Shown piece after piece: positions 54,546-64,000 of a stretch of DNA of 64,000 nucleotides. The stretch's first letter is position 1, and every line of letters begins with the position of its first letter. Below the pieces are notes generated by a model, which was not told the DNA's origin, did no database searches, and saw only the letters and a program-made list of their open reading frames with translations. Source of the stretch: the human T2T-CHM13v2.0 reference genome, Homo sapiens; NCBI RefSeq assembly GCF_009914755.1, contig NC_060928.1. The stretch is one strand, 5' to 3'. Position numbers and translations under genes: made by a program.

Positions 54546-55993
54546 ATCGAGGAATTCACTTAGTATTGTATAGTAGAAAGCAAGACATGGGGTTGAATGT
54601 AAAGGTCTTAGTGCTGAACTCTAGGAGACTAGAAATTTCCTGGAAACATTAAAATAAACACATCAAATCTATTAAATATTTTTCATAATATATGTTGCTC
54701 ATGTATGTATAATGACCACCATAATAACTCATTCCCTCTTTATAACACTTTTAAAAAATTCAAGAGTTTGGAAAGCTACAATTTAAATATCAAAACATGA
54801 TATTATTTTTCAGGCCTAAATGATAGTTTTTATTCTATTGGGAAATATATGGAATGTCTTTTGAGGAAAAACACCTGCTCACACTTTCAATTTTATACTA
54901 TTTTTTGGTATTATGTTTCTCAATAAACTTAGATAAAAATGGTATAAATCATTAATATAACATTTTTAATTCTTTAGAAATTTAAAAATCTGGATGAAGA
55001 ATGTTACAGAACACATGGAACTAATTTCAGAGGAAGGTCAGAAACATAAAAGCAAATTACTTGGACAAATCTGAGAACTATTTTTCATTAAAAATCGACG
55101 TCCAAACTCATCATTATATGCATTGTTATACACATATTTTATGGGTAAGGATAATGGAAATGCATTTGGAAGCTGTCGTTGATCTCCAGGAAGGACTGTT
55201 GCTGCTATTCAATGAAGCAGAGAGTTTGTCTGGCATGTGAGACAAGCTATTTTTTTTTTTTGAGTCCTGTGGACCATGCAGATAGTTGATAGCTTCTCAC
55301 AGCCAGACTGACACTTTTTAGGTAGAGGTTTACTGTAGCATACAAGAAACAGTGACCTGTGATACAGCCAAATGACTGCTAAAATGGTATGAAAAGAGAT
55401 TTCAACTCCCTATGGCACTGCTAATGTACCTGAAATTTTTAAAGTGCATTTTAGTAGTTATGAAAGTATCCAGACAGAGAGCACTAAAGTCTGGTGGTGC
55501 CCTCACTTTATCCACCTCAACTCCCAGCACAGAGAGGCATCCCCTGATTGCTGGTATCACTTGTAGTGGAAACTCAAGGCATGTGCAAGATTACTTTATT
55601 CTCAATTTGCTCTTGGCCCTCTCTGTTTGACCTTTGCCTCTCTGCTGAGATTTAAAGTTAGTGGAATTCAGGAGAGAGCTTTTATTTTGATATACACTTC
55701 TGTAGAGACTGACCTAGAAATAGACTGACTTATTATATGTAAGTGATCCGATTTGCATACTGATTCTCTCTCACTGAAAGCTTGAGCCATATTTGACTAG
55801 TGAGCTCTAGGAGATAGATTTCATAGCCTACAGTCAATACAGATAATCTTCTGATTTTCAGGGGTACATTCTTCTGGCAAAGCTACTATAAGTTAAAATG
55901 ACATTAGTCAAATTTTCTGCCAGAAGAAGTCACAAAAGAGGATTCTTTTTGAAGACCTGGTAGTCAGCCTCTTGTAGATAAGAAGACACTTTT

Positions 55994-56366
<373 letters not shown>

Positions 56367-56699
56367 CTAGACTGTCTAAAGGTCATATACATAAAAGAAT
56401 AATGCATTGCTAATCATAGAAAAATACATATAATGTGATTTTGAACAAAATTGTTGCTTACTGAAGATGCAGTTTCATATTTTGCAATGCTTCTGAGAAG
56501 CTGCTGACCTTAGAGAAATAACTTTATCTCTGTATTCATAAGTATACATTTATCAGTGGGGTTAATACCTGTTTCACAGATTGATTTTAGATGTAGAATA
56601 TCAGCTAGGAGTTAAATAAGGACTGGATTTGTATCTCAGCTCTGTGAATTAGTAGAAGGGAACCCAGGTGATTTACTAGGACTTTTTAAGTCTGAATGC

Positions 56700-57125
56700 T
56701 AATAGTCCCCAATATTCATTCCCTTTTACTCACTTTTGGTAATCATCCACCTTCCCTTGGAGCTATGCAAAGTCATATGACTAAATTTTGGTCAATGGGA
56801 TATGAAAGGAAATGATGTAGCACGTTCTCAATCTCACCCTTTTAAAGCACCTCTTTACCCTCCACTGCTCTCAGATACTTCCAGTGGGCTTGAATGTAGA
56901 CATAGTCATGGAAAGCTGGTTTCAGCCATACCCTTGAAAGCAATATCTGGAGGATGACAGAACCAACAGACAGAAAGTATCTGGGTCCCTGATGATTGCT
57001 CTTGTGAAACAAAGGTGCCTTGCTAACTTGCCTGTAACTTTCAGCTGCCATGTAATAGAGAAAATTCTATCTTATTGAAGCCACTGTACTTGTGTGTCTG
57101 TTATGGTAACTTGGCCTGTAACCAG
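56700..57125 (+). mobile_element. Old MaLR solo LTR (MLT1H/J-like)
   Basis: gtcatatgactaa..ttggtcaatggga...tctgggtccctgatga...ttctatctt.ttgaagccactg. Confidence 0.65.
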
Positions 57126-57167
57126 AAAACCATCACTTTGAGCAAAGCACTAGACCCCAGATTTTTA

Positions 57168-57487
<320 letters not shown>

Positions 57488-57496
57488 GAATTTCAA

Positions 57497-57668
57497 GCCA
57501 GGCACAGTATGCGTGCCTTTAGTTCCAACTACTGGGAGGGTTGTGGCAGGAGAATCACTTGAGGCCAGGATTTCAAGGCTGTAGTTGGCTAAGATTGTGC
57601 CTGTGAATAGCCACTGCACTCCAATCTCACCAACATAGTGAGCCATCATCTCAAAAAAAAAAAAAAAA
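57497..57668 (+). mobile_element. FAM (fossil Alu monomer, 7SL-derived)
   Basis: Monomer retaining 7SL-like gcctgtgaatagccactgcactcc, with polyA. Confidence 0.85.
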
Positions 57669-58553
57669 TTTAATAGTGCCTGGTACATGATCAGCACATA
57701 AGTGTTACTTATGCTTATTTTGTATTCTTCTAATTATTATTATATCTGTTATTTGTGTACTTAAAAAATCATAAAATTAAATATTTTCATCCTCAATAAG
57801 ACATATTGAGCAATACTAAAAGAAAGTTGTGATTGAAAATAAAATCTTTATCAATGTCATGAAATTATTTTCTTTTTTAACCACAAAACCCTTTCAAGAA
57901 AATTACTGAAATGAGTTTTTGACTTTGATATTGATGCAGATTTATGTTTTTCTATTGTTATATGTGTGTTCCTGTTACATATGAGTGTTTTGCATTGCAA
58001 ATTTTCAAAGAACATATACTGTTTATAATTATTTTTTACCTTTGAAAAAAAATTTTTTACTTTTCAAAGTTGCCATCCAATCCGGGCTGGTACTTTGATC
58101 TGATCTGTGACCTTAATGCCACATGGTTGTTCTTAAACAGGGTTTGGAACACCTCATTTAAAAAACAAGTGTGGATGGCTTCCCCTTTACTGAAATATGT
58201 TGTGCAAGTTCCTTAACATAGCATCTGAAAGACTTTTTCAATCTAGCAGCAAATTAGTTATAGCAGTGGGCATTATCCTGGTGTATTAGTTTATTTTCCC
58301 ATTGCTAATAAAGACATATCAGAGACTGGGTAATTTACAAAATAAAGAGGTTTATTGGACTTACAGTTCCACATGGCTGGGGAGGCCTCACAATCATGGC
58401 AGAAGTTGGAAAGCAAGGAGGAGCAACTCACGTCTTACAAGAATGGTGGCAGGCAAAGAGAGAGCTTGTGGAGATAAACTCCCATTTTTAAACCATCAGA
58501 TCTCATGAGATTCATTCACTATCACAAGAAGAGTACAGGAAAGACCCGCCCCA

Positions 58554-58564
58554 TAATTCAATCA
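58554..58564 (+). promoter_or_regulatory. DUX4-type double-homeodomain motif TAATTCAATCA in a THE1 LTR
   Basis: Exact fit to TAAYYYAATCA; binding itself not shown. Confidence 0.65.
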
Positions 58565-58831
58565 CCTCCCACTTCGTTCCTCCTACAACACATGGGAATT
58601 GTGGGAGTTACAATTCAAGATGAGATTTGCGTGGGGACACATACAAACCATATTATTCTGCCCTGACTGCTCCCAAATCTCATGTCCTCACATTTCAAAA
58701 CCAATTATGCCTTCTGAACAGTCTCCCAAAGTCTTATTTCATCATTAACTCAGAAGTCCACAGTCAACATCTCATCTGAGACAAGGCAAGCCCCTTCTGC
58801 CTATGAGCCTGTGAAATTCAAAGCAAGTTAG

Positions 58832-60126
58832 TTACTTTCTAGATACAATGGGGGGTACAGACATTGGGTAAATGCAGCCATTCCAAATGGGAGAAATTGG
58901 CCAAAACAAAGGGGCTACAGGCCCTGTGCAGTCCGAAACCCAGTGGGGCAATCCTAAAGTGCCAAAATTATCTCTTTTGACTCCATGTCTCACATCCAGG
59001 TCATGCTGATGCAAAAAATGGATTCCCATGGTCTTAGGTAGCTTTGCCCCTGTAGCTTTGCAGGGCACAGCCTCCCTCTCACCTGCTTTCATGGGCCGGC
59101 GTTGAGTGTCTGTGGCTTTTCCAGGCACATGGTACAAGCTGTTGGTGGAGCTACCATTTTGGGGTCTGGAGTATGGTAGCCCTCTTCTTCCAGCTGCACT
59201 AGGTGGTGCCCCAGTGGGGACTCTGTATGGGGGCTCCAACCTCACATTTCCCTTCCTCACTGCCCTAGCAGAGGTTCTCCATGAGAGCACCATCCCTGCA
59301 GCAAACTTTTGCCTGGACATCCAGGCATTTCCATACATCCTCTGAAATCTAGGTGGAGGTTCTCAAACCTCAAGTCTTGACTTCTGTGCACCTGCAGGCT
59401 CAACACCACATGGAGGCTGCCAAGGCTTGGGGCTTGCACCCTCTAAAGCCACAGCCCAAGGTGTACCTTGGCCCCTTTTAGTCACAGCTGGAGTGACTGG
59501 GATACAGGGCACCAAGCCCCTAGACTGCACATAGCACAGGGACCCAGGGCCCAGTCCACAGAATCATTTATTTCTCTTAGGCCTTCAGGCCTGTGATGGG
59601 AAGGGCTACTGTGAAGGCCTCTGACAGGCCCTGGAGACATTTTCTCCATTGTCTTGGAGATTAACATTTGGCTTCTCATTACTTATGCAAATTTCTGCAG
59701 CTGGCTTGAATTTCTCCTCAGAAAATGAGATTTAATTTCTATTGCATTGTTAGGCTGCAAATTTTCCAAACTTTTATCCTCTGCTAATCTTATAAAACTG
59801 AATGCTTTTAACAGCACTCAAGTCACCTCTTGAATGCTTCGTTGCTTAGAAATTTCTTCCACAAGATAGCCTAAATCATCTCTCTCAAGTTCAAAGCTCC
59901 AGAAATCTCTAAGGCAGGGGCAAAATGCCACCAGTCTCTTTGCTAAAACATAAAGAGAATCACCTTTGTTCCAGTTCCCAAAAAGTTCCTCATCTCTATC
60001 TGAGACTACCTCAGCCTGGATCTTATTGTTCATATCACTATCAGCATTTTTGTCAAAGCCATTCAACAAGTCTCTAGGAAGTTCCAAACATTCCCACATT
60101 TTCCTTTCTTCTTCTGAGCCCTCCAA
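58832..60126 (-). pseudogene. Disrupted THE1 internal ORF remnants
   Basis: Fragments MEGSEEERKMWECLELPRDLL... and MYGNAWMSRQKFAAG..., separated by stops and frameshifts. Confidence 0.8.
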
Positions 60127-60495
60127 ACTGTTCCAACCTCTGCCTGTTACCCAATTCCAAAGTTGCTTCCATACTTTTGGGTATCTTTTCAGCAGTGCCG
60201 CACTCCCAGCACAAATTTACTCTAGTCATCTGTTTTCATGTTGCTGATAAAGACATACCCGAGACTGGACAATTCATAAAATAAAGAGGTTTATTGGACT
60301 TAACAGTTCCACGTGGCTGGGGAGGCCTCACAATCATGGTGGAAGGTGAAAGGCAAGGAGGGGCAATTCATGTCTTACATGAATGGTGGCAGGCAAAGAG
60401 AGAACTTGTGCGGGGAAACTCCCATTTTTAAAACCATCAGATCTCATGAGACTCATTCACTATCACGAGAAAAGCGCGGGAAAGACCCACCACCA

Positions 60496-60506
60496 TAATT
60501 CAATCA
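60496..60506 (+). promoter_or_regulatory. DUX4-type motif TAATTCAATCA in the other THE1 LTR
   Basis: Same 11-mer at the equivalent LTR position. Confidence 0.65.
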
Positions 60507-60699
60507 CCTCCAACCGGGTTCCTCCCACGACACCTCGGAATTGTGGGAGTTACAACTCAAGATAAGATTTGAGTGGGGACACAGACAAACCATATCCCCT
60601 GGTCTGATTTTTCTCAATGCGTTGCACATACAATCGCCATTTTTTTCATTTTCATAAGAATCTTTGTTATCTATGACACTTATTTTAAGAAGGTGTTTC

Positions 60700-60950
60700 T
60701 TAGAACAGTACTTCTGACAGATGGCTCATGAGAACTGATATATATTTATAAAAAATCATGATGTATTGTGGATTATTCTCCTTTTTTGCCAATACCTAAG
60801 GTGTGTTAAGTATTAAAGTCTCTGAGCAGTCCTTGAGAAACAAAACATAATTTGCTTTAACCCAGTATTTCCAAACATGTTACTGAAACACATTCTTTAT
60901 TAATCTCAGACAACTAGTTGTTTGGATCCCATTTTGAGAAACCTTCTCCA
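60700..60950. mobile_element. Probable old hAT-Charlie MITE
   Basis: cagtacttct start, tttgagaaac end, internal tttaacccagtatttccaaac; family assignment uncertain. Confidence 0.4.
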
Positions 60951-63900
60951 AAATATTGCAGTCGTTAGTATCACAAGAAATGCCATTGCCCTTCTCTCAT
61001 CGTCACAGACACAATTATTATACTCTCCCTTTGATCTGTGCTGCTGTATCACTTTACCACTTTATTGTGCTTGCCTTACTCTGTTTTGTACTCATATTTC
61101 TTTTTCACATGTGACTCCCTATATGGTTGTGAGTTCATTTAAAATAGTAATCTGTTTTCTTCTTTCTGTTATCCTACATTTTCTAATAGAGTATACGGTG
61201 GGGAGGTCGGAGATTATTTTCTGTATTTCATCCCTCTTTTGGTTGGAGTGTGAATGTGTAAGTTTTAAAAAATAAAGCATGTTAAGACTTAATCAAATGA
61301 GAGTTGCCTTTCAAATGGTCTAAGATGTTGTTTGTCTACATAATTCTTCCTTTGATTATAAGTTTTATGCAACTTTATTGGAATCTTCATCTAGTTTCAG
61401 AGGCTAGAATTCCCTTAATTAGTTTAAACAGAAAAATATTTTCTAAGTATTAAATCACTGGGTAGGGTTGATGAAACAGATTCCAGATTGAGCTGTCAAG
61501 AACAAGTCCCAAAATCATATCACTGAGTTAAGTAAGCTACCCAAGGGAGGTAATGCCTTTTCTGTGATGAAAAGCCATCGGCTTGAGAACCAGTTCATAG
61601 AGCCAAGATCAGGATCCATTCACTGTCAGGAATCATGTATGCTCCAAAAACCACAAGGATCAGGAAAATACGTCTACTATTGCTAGATTCAGAACTGTAT
61701 TAGACTTAATTCAATTAGCCATGTCTAGCCCCTACTGGCCTCCAAAAACGATGATGGAACACTGGAAACCTAGCTAATGCTGCAGAAAAAAATAGAAAAA
61801 GTATTTTCTTCATGGCCAGGTTTTCAAATAGAAATGAAAACACTGCCTCTGCCTCACTTTAGTTTTCCAAATCATCTTTAATTGTATCTGATTGGTTGAA
61901 TTTATCATCTAAAACCTTGGCACCAGTGAGTTTAGGAAATGTATCCTTCTTTCTAGCCTTTACTATGCTGAAAGGCACACAGAAGGAAAGTGAAATGGAT
62001 ATTGGAGCCAGACCAAAGTTTATCAGACTAACTACATATCTCAATCTTTTATTCATATGTAATGTTCTTTTTCATTTACATACCTTCTTACCTTTCTGTG
62101 TCCCTCTCTACTTGATTTCCTGTGCCCTACTCTCTTTCTTCCTGCAGTTTATGGCGTTTGAGTCAATAGTGAGACTTTTACCTTCCCACCTTAATGAATT
62201 GTATACAATAAGGGAGGAGCAGTGGCACATTCATGAAAACATATGCTCTGTGTTAATATTCTAATTTATTCATAACGAGCATATCTAATTTATTCTTCTC
62301 AATATTTCCATATTGTAGATATTATCCCATTTTAGTAATGACAAAACTGAGTCACTATGAATAATTACATATCATAGCTCATGCATCCTATAAATTTGCG
62401 ACCCCATGTTCTCTTCATATTACTATGTAGTCAAAGATTGCCTGCAATTTGAAACACACTGAACTCCATTTTCCCACATTTTGCCTGGAAAATGAAGGTT
62501 GAGAATTTATAGCACACTGTGCAAAAACCCATGTTACTGTTTGTCATGGGACCTGTTGTATGGTGAATAGCACAGTTTTACTTATGCATACACATCAATT
62601 CTTACCTCACTGAAAGGTGATGCTATAGTCTCTGAACCTCAGCATCTACTTCAGCTTCCAATTGCTTTAGTCTCTGAGGCTTCATATTGCTGGATATTTT
62701 ACATGCTCTGTCAAGTCATTCTAGAAAAATCACCTACTCATTAGTTCAGCACAATGGAAATTTGTATTATCTGCCATAGGATTTCTTCATATTTTTCACT
62801 TGTATTGTCTTTACTTGTTAAATATCCATTAGATATGATAAAAATCTAATTAAATGGAAAGCCTGCTAATGCAGTCTATGATATTATGAATCCATTCCTG
62901 GGTTCATAGTATACTAAACATCAATACAATGGATATAAAACTGTGGCTATTTAGCTACACTTTAATTCCCTCTGAAATGCCACTCTGGCATCAGTTGAAA
63001 GAAAAATGGAAGAAATGTGTTTTGAAGCTTTACATTCATTTTAACAGATTAGGTTCTAGTTCCCTAAAATACCAAGATTTGGAAATCATTTAACTCAGTT
63101 ATGTCTTTTCACTTCATTGTATTTTACTTACAGATTCTGTGCTCATAATAGAGTAACTGTACCAGAAAAGAAGCAACAATGATAAACAGCTCTATAAACA
63201 AACATAAACTTTTAGTGAGATTTACACATTTGAAGATACTTCTTTGCTAATTAAATGTAAAATATACTATGAAAGTCTTTCTACCTTCTTTTAAAGTCCA
63301 AGATTTATATCTAATTTAATATATCACAAATATTAAAATGTATAATGTTATCAAATATTATATAAAAAATAGTTAATACCATAAATTTAACTATTCCCAT
63401 ACAGTTTAATGAAAAAGGTAAAATACCTTAATAATTTAATTTTTGTTTTATCTATCTATTTTAAAGAGGCCACAGTCACACTATATCCCTTAGCAATCAT
63501 TTGGGAATAAAAGAAAAACAATAAAATGTAAAGTATAATTTAGAGCTTTTTAGTAATTTTGAGACATATATAATCCACAAATGCTGCTAAAGAAATTATC
63601 CTGTCATATTTGCACATTTAGTTGTACAAGCATGCATTAAAAATATATATATTTAAAAGCCCTTCTACATTCCATATGCTTTTAAGTGCAAAAGACAAAT
63701 AGATTGACCAAGAAAACTACGTTTCATTACCTTTTTGAATTTATACACAAGTGATGGGGAGATATAATAAAAGTTATAAATATAACTAAATAATTTTAGT
63801 TGCATAGTGCTATAAAGAGGAAAAACAAGACCCATGAAAACATGTAAGTGATCTGGATCCAGCCCAGCCAAGGCAGAAGGTGGAAGTAAGAGTATAAGAC

Positions 63901-64000
63901 CTCACTTTAAGCTCAGAGTGAAGGATAAGCAGGAGTTAGACAGGAAAAGTAGGGACAGGGGTGAGGCATGGGATAGGCCATGGAGGGAGAGCATTCCAAG

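Larger units (their letters stand above)
58282..60597 (-). mobile_element. Full-length THE1 MaLR element, probably THE1C: LTR 58282-58655, internal 58656-60220, LTR 60221-60597
   Basis: Two LTRs around THE1 internal sequence; 5-bp TSD cctgg at 58277-58281 and 60598-60602. Confidence 0.95.

Noticed and set aside
54978-55050. EECYRTHGTNFRG resembling a kringle-domain start (CYxxxGxxYRG)
   Set aside because: The frame stops a few codons later, no CxxW or NYCRNPD continuation was seen, and so short a match is expected by chance.

Overview
AT-rich, CpG-depleted primate (human-like) nuclear DNA, intronic or intergenic. It carries Alu J/S/Y and FAM, L1PA/L1M, L2, MIR, MaLR/ERVL LTRs and Tigger/Mariner relics. 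I recognise no protein-coding gene, RNA gene or CpG-island promoter. The listed ORFs are Alu-derived, THE1-internal remnants or chance ORFs. Subfamily names come from remembered consensus motifs, not a RepeatMasker run. Best-supported observations: (1) a compound rearrangement scar at 27.77-28.13 kb (stutters, a tail-less internal L1PA piece, a 68-bp copy shared with a site 2.5 kb upstream, a fold-back hairpin), with more local copies nearby; (2) three Alus stacked at one target site, leaving four copies of the TSD; (3) two full-length THE1 elements with TSDs, one keeping a perfect DUX4 motif in both LTRs and an intact LTR splice donor; (4) an L1PA with a ~24-bp twin-priming inversion; (5) an old ~300-bp local duplication; (6) a scrambled MADE1. 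Several exon-like segments are weak candidates. I cannot support a claim of a new biological system.
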